Shown here piece by piece: positions 1-9,401 of a DNA stretch of 64,000 nt. Made by a program: the position numbers and the translations under genes. Source of the DNA: Myxococcales bacterium (lineage in GTDB: Bacteria > Myxococcota_A > UBA9042); NCBI GenBank assembly GCA_947499075.1, contig CANMNA010000002.1, positions 1,287-65,286 of the forward strand, given 5' to 3'. Below the pieces are notes generated by a model, which was not told the DNA's origin, made no database searches, and saw only the letters and a list, made by a program, of their open reading frames with translations. Position 1 is the first letter of the stretch. Every line of letters starts with the position of its first letter.

Positions 1-1770
1 GCCGCCGAGACGCCGAGCAAGAAGCAAAACCCTGGGCGCCAGCAGCAAGCCCAAGGCGAAGGCAACAGCGAGGCTGATGAATTCAAGCAGGAGCTCGAAG
101 AACTGAACAAGCAGATCGCCGACAAGGGCCTGCCGGACGAAGCCAAAGACAAGATGGAGCGCGAGTTCAAGAAGCTCAAGATGATGAACCCGATGTCGGC
201 CGAAGCGGGCGTGGTGCGGACCTACATCGAGTGGGTGCTGTCGCTGCCGTGGAGCACGACCAGTCAAGACAAGCTCGACGTGACCGAGGCCCGCAGCGTG
301 CTCGATGCCGATCACTATGGTCTGGAAAAGCCCAAGGAGCGCATTGTCGAGTACTTGGCGGTTCAGCAGCTGCGCGGCGAGATCGGCAAGGGTCCCGTGC
401 TGTGCCTGGTCGGGCCGCCGGGTGTGGGCAAGACCAGCTTGGCCAAGAGCGTGGCCAAGGCGCTGGGCCGCAAGTTCGTGCGCATCTCACTGGGCGGCGT
501 GCGCGACGAAGCGGAGATCCGTGGCCACCGCCGGACCTACGTGGGCGCGCTCCCGGGCAAGATCATCGCGGCGCTCAAGCGAGCCGGAACTTCTAACCCT
601 GTGTTGTTGCTCGACGAAATCGACAAAATGAGCCAAGACTTCCGCGGCGATCCGGCAAGCGCCTTGCTCGAAGTGCTCGATCCTGAGCAGCACCACGCCT
701 TTGTCGACCACTACATCGATCTGGACTACGACCTGAGCAAAGTGCTGTTCATCACCACGGCCAACAACTTGCCCAACATCCCGTGGCCGCTGCAAGACCG
801 GCTGGAGATTTTGGAACTGGGCGGCTACACCGAGCACGACAAGCTGCAGATCGCCAAGCAATACCTGATTGTGCGCCAGTTGGAGGAAACCGGTCTGGGC
901 AAGGCGGCTGAGGTCAAGTTCAACGACGAAGCGGTGCAGACCGTGATCCGCAGCTACACCCGCGAAGCTGGCGTGCGCAACTTAGAGCGCCAACTCGGCG
1001 CGGTGCTGCGCAAGCTGGGCACCCAGCACCTGCTGGCCAAAGAGGGCAAGCAGAAGAGCGGCTACAAGGTCACTGCCAAGCAGGTCATCGAGCTGCTGGG
1101 GCCGGAGAAGTTTCGCAAGAACGATGCCGAGGGCCAGGACCGCGTGGGCGTGACCAATGGCCTGGCGGTCACGGCGACGGGCGGCGACTTGCTGCTGGTC
1201 GAAGTGGCGCTGGTGCCGGGCAAAGGCAAGATGACGGTGACCGGCAAGCTCGGCGACGTCATGAAAGAGTCGGTCGAAGCGGCGATGACGTATGTGCGGT
1301 CGCGCGCCCACTTGCTGGGTCTGGGCCGCGATTTTTCGAGCAAGATCGATGTGCACGTGCACTTTCCCGAAGGGGCGATCCCCAAGGATGGCCCGTCGGC
1401 GGGCATCGCAATTGCGACGGCGCTGTGCTCGGCCGTTACCCAAATTCCGGCGCGGCACGATGTGGCGATGACAGGCGAGATCACTTTGCGCGGCCGGGTG
1501 TTGCCGATTGGCGGCCTCAAGGAGAAGATCATCGCGGCCCATCGCTCGGGCATCAAGCGGGTGATCATTCCGCGCGACAACGAGCGCGATCTGCCGGAGA
1601 TCCCCAAGGACGTGCTCAAGGACATCGAGATCGTGGCCGTCGATCACGCCGATCAGGTGCTGCAAGCGGCGCTGCGGCTGGACGACCCCAAGGCGTTTCT
1701 GGCCAACCCGACGGCGCTGTCGCGCGACGATCTGGGCCTGCACGACACGCCGGTGGCGACCACGCACTAG
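1..1770 (+). CDS. lon: ATP-dependent Lon protease (endopeptidase La), 5' end outside the window
   Basis: Frame is open from base 1. Walker [18 protein letters not shown], the [13 protein letters not shown] motif, catalytic PKDGPSAG (Ser) and downstream GGLKEK (Lys). Confidence 0.97.
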   Translation, partial: AAETPSKKQNPGRQQQAQGEGNSEADEFKQELEELNKQIADKGLPDEAKDKMEREFKKLKMMNPMSAEAGVVRTYIEWVLSLPWSTTSQDKLDVTEARSVLDADHYGLEKPKERIVEYLAVQQLRGEIGKGPVLCLVGPPGVGKTSLAKSVAKALGRKFVRISLGGVRDEAEIRGHRRTYVGALPGKIIAALKRAGTSNPVLLLDEIDKMSQDFRGDPASALLEVLDPEQHHAFVDHYIDLDYDLSKVLFITTANNLPNIPWPLQDRLEILELGGYTEHDKLQIAKQYLIVRQLEETGLGKAAEVKFNDEAVQTVIRSYTREAGVRNLERQLGAVLRKLGTQHLLAKEGKQKSGYKVTAKQVIELLGPEKFRKNDAEGQDRVGVTNGLAVTATGGDLLLVEVALVPGKGKMTVTGKLGDVMKESVEAAMTYVRSRAHLLGLGRDFSSKIDVHVHFPEGAIPKDGPSAGIAIATALCSAVTQIPARHDVAMTGEITLRGRVLPIGGLKEKIIAAHRSGIKRVIIPRDNERDLPEIPKDVLKDIEIVAVDHADQVLQAALRLDDPKAFLANPTALSRDDLGLHDTPVATTH

Positions 1771-1873
1771 CCGTCTGGTGGGCATTTGGCCCCTTGAAAT
1801 TCCACGCCTCGCGGCTTAGTCTGCCGCCCGTTTTGCGCGACGCAGCTGGTCTGCGCGGGCCAAGGATTTCAAG

Positions 1874-3544
1874 ATGTTAGAGACAATCACCAAAGGCTTC
1901 CGCTCGGCTCGCCACCGCCTGCAGGGCTACCGCGAGCTAGACGAAGACACGCTCGAAGAAGTGCTGGGTGACATCCGCACCTCGCTGCTGGAAGCCGACG
2001 TCGAATTGGGCGTGGTCAAGCGGTTCCTGGCCGAGGTCAAGACCAAGGCATTGGGCGAAGTCGTCCAAGTCCGAGCCAAAGACATCGCCGGCAAGTCGCT
2101 CCAAGTCTCGCCGCAAGACCACTTCGTCAAGATTTGCCACGACGAGTTGATGGCGCTGATGGACCCGGGCGAGCCGGGGCTGCAGTTCAAGCCCAAGGGC
2201 ATCACCACGCTGATGATGGTCGGCCTGCAGGGCTCGGGCAAGACGACTAGCGCAGGTAAGCTCGCCAATCTGTACAAGAATGACGGCAAGAAGGTGATGC
2301 TGGTCGCGGCTGACATCTACCGGCCGGCGGCCATCGATCAGCTGCAGGTGCTGGGTCAGCGCTTGGGCGTGCCCGTGTTCTCGGTGCCGGGGCTGCAGCC
2401 GCCCGATCTGTGCGAAAAAGGCCTGGCCGAAGCCAAGAAACAGGGATGCGACGTGGTGATCTTCGACACCGCGGGCCGGCTGTCGATCGACGAGCAGTTG
2501 ATGAACGAGCTGGCGGAGATTCGCCGCCGTTCGCCGCCTGATCACGTGCTGCTGGTCATCGACGCCATGATCGGCCAAGACGCGGTCACCACTGCCAAGC
2601 ACTTCAACGAAAAAGTCGGCATCGACGGCGTGGTCCTGACCAAGCTCGATGGCGACGCCCGCGGTGGCGCGGCGTTGTCGGTCAAGATGGTCACCGGCGC
2701 GCCGGTCAAGTTCGTCGGCATGGGCGAAGGGCTCGACAAGCTCGAGCCGTTCCGGGCCGAAGGCATGGCCAGCCGGATTTTGGGCATGGGCGACGTGGTC
2801 AGCCTGATGACCGACTTCGCCAAGCATGTCGACGAGAAGAAGGCCGAGCAAGACGCCAAGCGCATGCTCAGCGGCAAGTTCACGCTGACGGACTTCCTCG
2901 ACCAGATTCGCATGCTCAAGAAAATGGGCAGCCTGCGCGATGTCATGGAGAAGCTGCCGTTCTTCTCCGATGCCCTGGCCGATGGCATGAAGTTCGACGA
3001 CAAGGCGCTGGTGGTGGTCGAGTCGATCATCCAGTCGATGACGCCCGGCGAGCGCAAGAAGCCGCAGATCCTCAATGCGCGGCGGGTGCAGCGCATCGCC
3101 CGCGGATCAGGGCGCAAGCCGCAAGATGTGCTGGACTTGATGCAGCGGTTTGACGTGATGCGCCAGATGATGGCGCGGATCGGCCAAGCGCCTGGGCTGC
3201 TGTCGCGGCTGCCGGGGTTCGGACAGATGGGCCAACTGGCCAAGATGAAGGGCATGGGCGTCGATGGCTTTTTCGACGAGGTCGAGAAGCTCGCGCCAGG
3301 TGGGCAGCGCTCAGGTCAGGGCGGTCAGCTGCCGATGGCCAATTTTGGCGGGATGCCTGGCATGGGTGGCTTTGGCGGCGGCATGGCGGGCATGCCTGGC
3401 ATGGACGCGATGGGCGGCTTGGCCATGCCGGGATGGGGCACTACGGGACCCAAGCTGCCGCCGCGACACGACATCGACCGCGACAAGCGCAAGCAGAAGA
3501 ACAAGCAGGCGGCGACTGCTCGCAAGAAGAATCGAAAAAAATAA
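1874..3544 (+). CDS. ffh: Signal recognition particle protein Ffh (SRP54) with Gly/Met-rich C-terminal tail
   Basis: GLQGSGKTT, DTAGR, TKLDGDARGGAALS and RILGMGD motifs, plus the M-domain RIARGSG. Confidence 0.97.
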   Translation: MLETITKGFRSARHRLQGYRELDEDTLEEVLGDIRTSLLEADVELGVVKRFLAEVKTKALGEVVQVRAKDIAGKSLQVSPQDHFVKICHDELMALMDPGEPGLQFKPKGITTLMMVGLQGSGKTTSAGKLANLYKNDGKKVMLVAADIYRPAAIDQLQVLGQRLGVPVFSVPGLQPPDLCEKGLAEAKKQGCDVVIFDTAGRLSIDEQLMNELAEIRRRSPPDHVLLVIDAMIGQDAVTTAKHFNEKVGIDGVVLTKLDGDARGGAALSVKMVTGAPVKFVGMGEGLDKLEPFRAEGMASRILGMGDVVSLMTDFAKHVDEKKAEQDAKRMLSGKFTLTDFLDQIRMLKKMGSLRDVMEKLPFFSDALADGMKFDDKALVVVESIIQSMTPGERKKPQILNARRVQRIARGSGRKPQDVLDLMQRFDVMRQMMARIGQAPGLLSRLPGFGQMGQLAKMKGMGVDGFFDEVEKLAPGGQRSGQGGQLPMANFGGMPGMGGFGGGMAGMPGMDAMGGLAMPGWGTTGPKLPPRHDIDRDKRKQKNKQAATARKKNRKK

Positions 3545-3550
3545 GCGCGG

Positions 3551-4393
3551 TTACTTGCTGTTGCGCAGCTTGATGACCATATTGGACGCCTGCTGCATCA
3601 GCGGGTCCTTGTGGTCGAGCACGCCGTGGGCTTGGGCCAGAAACGTGCGCAGTGCCTGAATCGCCGCGTCTTTGTCGCCCAGTTGCAACAGCGCCCCCGC
3701 CAGCGAGAAGCTCACTTGGGGCCGGGCGCGCGGCATTTGCTGAGCCGCCTCAAGCTCGATGCGCGCCTTGTCAGGCCGACCCAGATCGAGCATCACCAGA
3801 CCCAGCGCCTCGCGCAGCTCAACAGCTTCTGGATTGAATTTGAGACCTTGCTGCAGCACGAGCCGGGCCGAGTCATAGGCACCCACTTCGACGTACAGTT
3901 GTGACAGCATCTGAAAGGCCGGCACAAAGCCAGCGTCGCCAGCGACCGCCGCGCGCAGGGCCTTGTCGGCGATCGTCCGGTCTTTGGCGTCCAGGGCGAT
4001 GCGTGCAGCCAGAAAATGGCCTTGCGGATGCCCGATGTCGACCTTGAACAGCCCCTGCAGGGCCTCCAGCGCCGCCTTGGGCTGGTGCAGCTCGTACTGG
4101 GCCTTGGCCAGCGTCAGGTGCGCTTCAGGCCGACTAGGGTCGGCGGCAATGCTGGTCTGGAGGTTGTCTGAGGCTTCTTGAAACTGTCCGCCGCGCAACG
4201 CGATAATCCCCAAGTAGTAACGCACATCGGCATCGGCGGGCTTGAGCTTGAGCGCGTCGCGCAGGATCGCGTCGGCCCGCACGTAGTCTTCGCCGTCCAG
4301 GGCCTCGATCCCTTGGTTGCTCAGCTCGACAAAGCGCTTGTCGGCCTCGTTGCATCCGGACAGCAGCAATACCAGCACCAACGTCAGCAGCAT
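3551..4393 (-). CDS. TPR-repeat lipoprotein
   Basis: Start reassigned to the ATG at 4393, giving MLLTLVLVLLLSGC (lipobox LSG-C) followed by TPR-like helical repeats. Confidence 0.75.
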   Translation of the reverse strand: MLLTLVLVLLLSGCNEADKRFVELSNQGIEALDGEDYVRADAILRDALKLKPADADVRYYLGIIALRGGQFQEASDNLQTSIAADPSRPEAHLTLAKAQYELHQPKAALEALQGLFKVDIGHPQGHFLAARIALDAKDRTIADKALRAAVAGDAGFVPAFQMLSQLYVEVGAYDSARLVLQQGLKFNPEAVELREALGLVMLDLGRPDKARIELEAAQQMPRARPQVSFSLAGALLQLGDKDAAIQALRTFLAQAHGVLDHKDPLMQQASNMVIKLRNSK

Positions 4394-4428
4394 GGTGCGG
4401 GCGCGTGGCTGTACCAACGGAGGAGCGC

Positions 4429-6297
4429 TCAACTCGACTTGAACTGGAAGGTCTTGTTGACCTTGGTGTTGCCGCCGCCCTTGGCTTGGGGGAAGCGCCA
4501 CGACTTGATGTTGTCGACGATGCAGTTTTCGACCTGCACGTTGTCGATTGACGAACTCTCGATCTTGACGCCGACCACTTTGCCATCGGCGCCGATCATG
4601 AACGCGACCTTGATCGCGCCCGACAGATCGGGGTTCTTCTGGAGTTCTTTTTGGTAACACGCCTTGACAGCGCCGGCTTTGTCCGCCATGACTTTCTTGA
4701 TGATGTCGGGTGACAGTTCGCCATCAGCGGTGGGCGCGCCGCCCTTGATCGAGATGACCTTCTGGTCGCGCTTGCCCAAGTCGGCACCGATGGCGGGGTT
4801 CTTGCCGTCGCCGCCGACCGCGACTTTCTTGTCCAAACCGCCGGCCTGCGCTCTCGCGTCGTCCGCACTGCCGACGTCGGGTCCCGCGCGCCCGTTGCCC
4901 GGCGTGTCCGGACCGTCGCCAACGTTGGCGATGACAGCCGGGCCACCAGCAACGGCCGCAGCACTGTCATCGACTTCGCCAAACATCTTGGTGGTCGGCA
5001 AGTTGTTGAGCGCCTCATCAACCTTGGCGGTGGCCTTGTCGGCCTCGTTTTTGACGATCGCCTCGATCTTGGCCTGCTGTTCAGCGGTCGGCGCTTCCTT
5101 GATGACCTTGACCAGTTCGTCCTGTTTCTTGACGATGTCGTTGCGCTGAATCGGCACTTCGTTCTTGGGCGCCTCGGCCTTTTCCTCTTTCTTGTCCTCG
5201 GCCTTTTCTTCCTTTTTCTCCTCGATTTTTTCGACTTCGATGATCTCCGCCGTGCGCTCGTCCATCTCTTCCATGTAGGTCTTGGCGCGCCGATCGCGCG
5301 GATCAGTCAACTGAAAGCTGGCGATCACCGGCCCCAGGATAAAGGCCGCGGCGAGCAGCGCACACACCAAGAGCACCGAGTTTTCCCGGTCCCACAGAGC
5401 GGGCGGGGCCATCGGCGGGACTGCGCCGCGCGAGACCACAAACGTAAAGGTCCCAAACTCTAGGAACGCTTGGGTCTTGTTGCCCAGTGGCACCTTGTCT
5501 TTGTTCAGCGGAGTCTTGCCAGCTTTGATATCGGCGATGGCATAGACTTCGCTGCCCATGATCAACTGCCCGCTGATGGCGGCGTTGGCCAGCACCAAGG
5601 CAAATCCATCTTTGGCGTCCGGCACGACCAGGGTGTCTATGTCTCTGTTGCCCATGACATCTTCGGGCATGACGAAGGTGCCGTTTTTGCCGATCGTGAC
5701 CACAGCGGGCCGGGCGAAAAACCGCGCCTTGTGCAGTTCGCCTGACCAGCGCATCACAATGTCCAAGCCCAACGGGCCTTTGGATACTTCCGCTGGCTTG
5801 GCCGGCGGCGCGACAGCCATCGTCCGCACGTCCAAGGTCTTGTCAGCCAAGCTGTTGGTTGGCGGCGCGGCAGGTGCCCGCAGCGGCGCGGGCGCGGCAC
5901 CACCAGAAGGCGGGCGCGGCGCGTGGCCGGCGGATGGCGGTGGCGCCGGCACGGCCTTGACGAGCGTAGGCGGTACCTTGGGCTGGCTTGGAGGGTCATC
6001 GGCCAGACCCAGCGCAGCGACGTCGATCATGGCAGTGGGCGCATCGTCGCTGGATTTCGGCTCGCTCGGCCGGTGCAAACCGGCTGCAGGCGGGTCGACG
6101 CGCGACACCAGCGTGCCTTCGGGATCGCGGGGGGTCAGCGACGTGGCGTCACCACTGGTGTTCAAGCGACTGGAAGGCCCTAGCCGTAGCGTCGGTCCTT
6201 CGACAACGGTGACTTGGTCCCGGTCGGACTCAGAAGATGGCATCCGCTCGGTATTGTCGGCCGGGCCCTTGCCCGATCGGCTCTTTTTCGAGGACAT
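4429..6297 (-). CDS. GltG/PglI/AgmX-like protein with TM helix, charged linker and TonB-C-like C-terminal domain
   Basis: Pro-rich N-terminus and one TM (LLVCALLAAAFILGPVIA). Lys/Glu linker. C-terminal VKACYQKELQKNPDLSGAIKVAFMIGADGKV...CIVDNIKSWRFP is typical of AgmX/PglI C-terminal domains. Confidence 0.8.
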   Translation of the reverse strand: MSSKKSRSGKGPADNTERMPSSESDRDQVTVVEGPTLRLGPSSRLNTSGDATSLTPRDPEGTLVSRVDPPAAGLHRPSEPKSSDDAPTAMIDVAALGLADDPPSQPKVPPTLVKAVPAPPPSAGHAPRPPSGGAAPAPLRAPAAPPTNSLADKTLDVRTMAVAPPAKPAEVSKGPLGLDIVMRWSGELHKARFFARPAVVTIGKNGTFVMPEDVMGNRDIDTLVVPDAKDGFALVLANAAISGQLIMGSEVYAIADIKAGKTPLNKDKVPLGNKTQAFLEFGTFTFVVSRGAVPPMAPPALWDRENSVLLVCALLAAAFILGPVIASFQLTDPRDRRAKTYMEEMDERTAEIIEVEKIEEKKEEKAEDKKEEKAEAPKNEVPIQRNDIVKKQDELVKVIKEAPTAEQQAKIEAIVKNEADKATAKVDEALNNLPTTKMFGEVDDSAAAVAGGPAVIANVGDGPDTPGNGRAGPDVGSADDARAQAGGLDKKVAVGGDGKNPAIGADLGKRDQKVISIKGGAPTADGELSPDIIKKVMADKAGAVKACYQKELQKNPDLSGAIKVAFMIGADGKVVGVKIESSSIDNVQVENCIVDNIKSWRFPQAKGGGNTKVNKTFQFKSS

Positions 6298-6300
6298 GGA

Positions 6301-6615
6301 TCACAGATCCTCGGCCGAGCGGATCAACTCGGCGAAGAAGTTGGTGCGGATGCGGATCAGGCTGGCGCGCTTGTTCTTGTTGATGCCTTCGACATTGGCG
6401 GTGTCCGGTCGCAAATACGAGGTCTCGATGACGTCGTCCTCAAAGCTGTACTCTTTGGACTTCTTCTTGGCCCCAGCGCCGGCGGCTGCGGGCTTGTCTT
6501 TGCCCTGAGCCAGCGCCTCGGTCGGCAGCGCGGTCGCCGCAAACGCCAACACGGTGACCGTCGCCGTCAAGAATAATCCTGACTTCTTACAAAGTTGGGA
6601 CAGCAAAGCAGGCAT
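6301..6615 (-). CDS. Small secreted GltF/CglF-like protein
   Basis: Signal peptide, then YSFEDDVIETSYLRPD...SLIRIRTNFFAELIRSAEDL, resembling the CglF pattern. Lies directly upstream of the gltG-like gene. Confidence 0.7.
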   Translation of the reverse strand: MPALLSQLCKKSGLFLTATVTVLAFAATALPTEALAQGKDKPAAAGAGAKKKSKEYSFEDDVIETSYLRPDTANVEGINKNKRASLIRIRTNFFAELIRSAEDL

Positions 6616-6746
6616 AAACACCTCCGGGACCCAAAAGCCCGATGAAGTATAAGGCCAAGCGGCCGCGGGCCGCAATCTGAAGCCGTGGACGCGCCACAAC
6701 GCGCTTCGATCTAGGCCAAAACAGCCAGACGCGCTCGGGAGAGAAA

Positions 6747-8234
6747 TCACGTCACCCCGCCGATTCGGCTCGGATCGCCTCCCACAGCCCGCGCTAGCGC
6801 CGCCAAGACAGCCTGTTGCTCCGTGTCACTGGTGGCGTGGGCCCCCAGCGTGCGCACATCGAGCAACCACTGGTCGCCCTTGGCGCGACCGAGCACCGGT
6901 GGCAGCGCTGCCATGCCCATCCGCGCCAGGTCGGCACCGTCGCGATCGGGCAACTGCAGCGCCAGCGCCCGCGAAGGCAGGACATAGAGCGGATGGGTCC
7001 CGCCGCCGACCGCACAAGTCGAAGCGACGACCGTCACGGTGCCGCCGACCGGCAGCGCGGGCCCCAGCAGTGCCGCCCAATGCGCAGCCAATTGCGCAAT
7101 CTGAGCCGGGGTGATCGTCATCTGGCGCAAGGCGGGCAGGACAGCCGGGGCCTGCCCAAGTGCGTGCACGCGCAAAACCGCGGCCAAGCCAGCTAGCACA
7201 AGGCCACCGGGCCGCAGCGCCCGCAGCAGCGGATCGCGGTGCATGGGCGCCAGCAGGTCGCGCCGGCCGACCAGCAGCCCGGCTTGGGGTCCGCCGACCA
7301 GCTTGTCCCCAGAAAACGTCACGACGTCGGCACCTTGCGCCAGCGTTTGGGCCACGGTTGGCTCGATCGCTGCCCGCGATCCGTCCGGCAGCTCGGCTGG
7401 GGCAACCGGCAGCGGCACAAACGCGCCCGAGCCCAAGTCCACCACCAGCGCGGCACCGTGGTCGTGGGCCAGTTGGGCGAGATCGGACAGGGCGGGCTGA
7501 CCGGCAAACCCGATGATCGCAAAGTTACTGCGGTGCACGACCAGCACCGCGGCGGCGGGCCGACCCTGGGCCTGCAGGTCCTGCAGCGCCGCCGCATAGT
7601 CGTGCAGGTGCGTGCGGTTGGTCGCGCCCACTTCGACCAGCGTGCACCCTGCTTCGGCCATGACCTCGTGGACGCGAAAGCCGCCACCGATCTCGACCAG
7701 CTCGCCGCGCGACACCACCACGGGCCGGCCGCGCGCCACTGACCGCAGCGCCAAGAGCGCCGCGGCCGCGCCGTTATTGACGACCAGGGCGTCCTGCGCG
7801 CCCGTCAGCCAGCGCAGCAGCGGCGCACAATGATTTTGGCGCGAGCCGCGCTGGCCAGTGGCGATGTCCAGTTCCAGCGTGTTGTAGCCACTGGTCGCCG
7901 CTACCAGCTCTTGCTGCGCCGCTTGCGGCAGGGGCGCCCGACCGGCGTTGGTGTGCAGCAGCACGCCGGAGCCATTGAGCAGCGGCTGCAGCGTCGGGCC
8001 AGCCAGCACCACGACGCGGCTGCGCAGCGCAGTCGCTACCGCCACTTGCACGGCTACGACCGTGTCGACAGACCCTGCCGCAACCGCCGCGCGGACCTCG
8101 GCCACGACTTCTCGGCACACCGCCACCCGCAGGGCCTCTGGCGCAGCCACGCCGTGCCACGCCGCATCGCTGCACAGCGCCGCGATGGCGGGCAAGTGGC
8201 GAAGCAGGGCAGATGGGGCGGAAGGTGTCGGCAT
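6747..8234 (-). CDS. selA: L-seryl-tRNA(Sec) selenium transferase
   Basis: NGSGVLLHTNAGRAPL, VVNNGAAA, SRGELVEIGGGFR, EVGATNRTH and the PLP motif FSGDKLVGGPQAG. Confidence 0.93.
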   Translation of the reverse strand: MPTPSAPSALLRHLPAIAALCSDAAWHGVAAPEALRVAVCREVVAEVRAAVAAGSVDTVVAVQVAVATALRSRVVVLAGPTLQPLLNGSGVLLHTNAGRAPLPQAAQQELVAATSGYNTLELDIATGQRGSRQNHCAPLLRWLTGAQDALVVNNGAAAALLALRSVARGRPVVVSRGELVEIGGGFRVHEVMAEAGCTLVEVGATNRTHLHDYAAALQDLQAQGRPAAAVLVVHRSNFAIIGFAGQPALSDLAQLAHDHGAALVVDLGSGAFVPLPVAPAELPDGSRAAIEPTVAQTLAQGADVVTFSGDKLVGGPQAGLLVGRRDLLAPMHRDPLLRALRPGGLVLAGLAAVLRVHALGQAPAVLPALRQMTITPAQIAQLAAHWAALLGPALPVGGTVTVVASTCAVGGGTHPLYVLPSRALALQLPDRDGADLARMGMAALPPVLGRAKGDQWLLDVRTLGAHATSDTEQQAVLAALARAVGGDPSRIGGVT

Positions 8235-8276
8235 GGCGCGCGGCGATTGTGGAGCCCAAACCGGGTCGGCGCAAAT

Positions 8277-9329
8277 TCAGTCGGCGCGCAGACCGGCGAC
8301 CACGTCGATGACGGGGACGCCAGCGCCACCGCATACGTTGACCGCGGCGCGCACCTGCGCCAAAAAGGCTGCGGCATCAATGGCAGCGCCGGGCTGACGC
8401 CACGGGTTGCTGACCACGGCGCGAACAGGCACGGCGTGGCTGGCGACCACGGTGATGCCTTGCCGATCGGCCGCAGCCCAGCCGGCTTGCGACAACAGAA
8501 TTCGGCTGCTGTCGCGGACGAGCACGCTTTTGCTGCGACATCGTGCCAAAACAGTGTCAGTCAGCGCCCCACTGACGACGTAGGTGGCGGCTGATTCGGG
8601 CTGATCGCCCGCAAGGCCAACCAGCAGCGCACGCAAAGTCGGCACAGCCAAGGCCACTGCGTCTTGATCGCTGGGGGCAGCAATGGCCCCGACCGCGACG
8701 ACGATGGCCTGAGCCACCTGCGGATGCGCCGCCATCTGGCGGTGATAGGCGCCATCGACAAGCACCAGCGGCACCTGGGCAGCCAGCGCGGCAATGGCGG
8801 CAAGCAGGTCCTGGCGGTGCCCGATGCCGCACAGTTGGACGTGCAGCGGGGCCCGCGCCCGCGCCAGCACCGTGGGGCCCAGCGCAGTCGCGATCGGCAG
8901 GGTCGCCACGATTTGCAGCGCCCGGCCCGCTGCCGTGGCGAACGGCAGCGCCGTCACCATCCATCCGTCTTTTTCGAGCCTGACCTGCGGCTTGGATGCG
9001 TCGGACCAGGCGTCGCGCGCCTCGCCGTCCAGACCGACTGACACCAGGCCTACGGCCATCGCTTCGACCGAGGCCGCAGCACACAGCGCCAGCAGCGCCG
9101 TGGTCTTGCCGGCATTCTTGCCGGCGCCAATGACAGCCACCCGGCGCACGCCCGCGACCAGCACCGCTTGGCCCAGCAGGCGGCTGCCGGCAGCACTTGG
9201 ATGCTTGGGCAGATCGACTTCAGCGGGCAGATCGAGTTTAGCGGGCAGATCGAGTTTAGCGGGCAGAGCGACTTCAGCGGGCAGAGCGACTTCAGCGGGC
9301 AGAGCGACTTCAGCGGGCAGATCAACCAT
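8277..9329 (-). CDS. P-loop protein resembling KamB (lysine 5,6-aminomutase reactivase subunit) family
   Basis: VAVIGAGKNAGKTT...GLVSVGLDGE...KP and LVLVDGA motifs. N-terminus is a 6-aa repeat; start uncertain. Confidence 0.55.
   Translation of the reverse strand: MVDLPAEVALPAEVALPAEVALPAKLDLPAKLDLPAEVDLPKHPSAAGSRLLGQAVLVAGVRRVAVIGAGKNAGKTTALLALCAAASVEAMAVGLVSVGLDGEARDAWSDASKPQVRLEKDGWMVTALPFATAAGRALQIVATLPIATALGPTVLARARAPLHVQLCGIGHRQDLLAAIAALAAQVPLVLVDGAYHRQMAAHPQVAQAIVVAVGAIAAPSDQDAVALAVPTLRALLVGLAGDQPESAATYVVSGALTDTVLARCRSKSVLVRDSSRILLSQAGWAAADRQGITVVASHAVPVRAVVSNPWRQPGAAIDAAAFLAQVRAAVNVCGGAGVPVIDVVAGLRAD
9207..9323. repeat. 18-bp tandem repeat, about 6.5 copies
   Basis: Units GGGCAGATCGACTTCAGC, GGGCAGATCGAGTTTAGC and GGGCAGAGCGACTTCAGC; they read PAEVAL/PAKLDL on the minus strand. 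Confidence 0.95.
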
Positions 9330-9401
9330 CGCCGCCAGACGCTACCACAAACACAGCATTGCGCTATGCTGCGGGCATGCCGGCTGCCCGGCGCGCCGAC
9401 C

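Noticed and set aside
3290..3544. Gly/Met-rich and basic C-terminal tail of Ffh
   Set aside because: Low-complexity tails are common on Ffh/SRP54, with no evidence of a separate domain.
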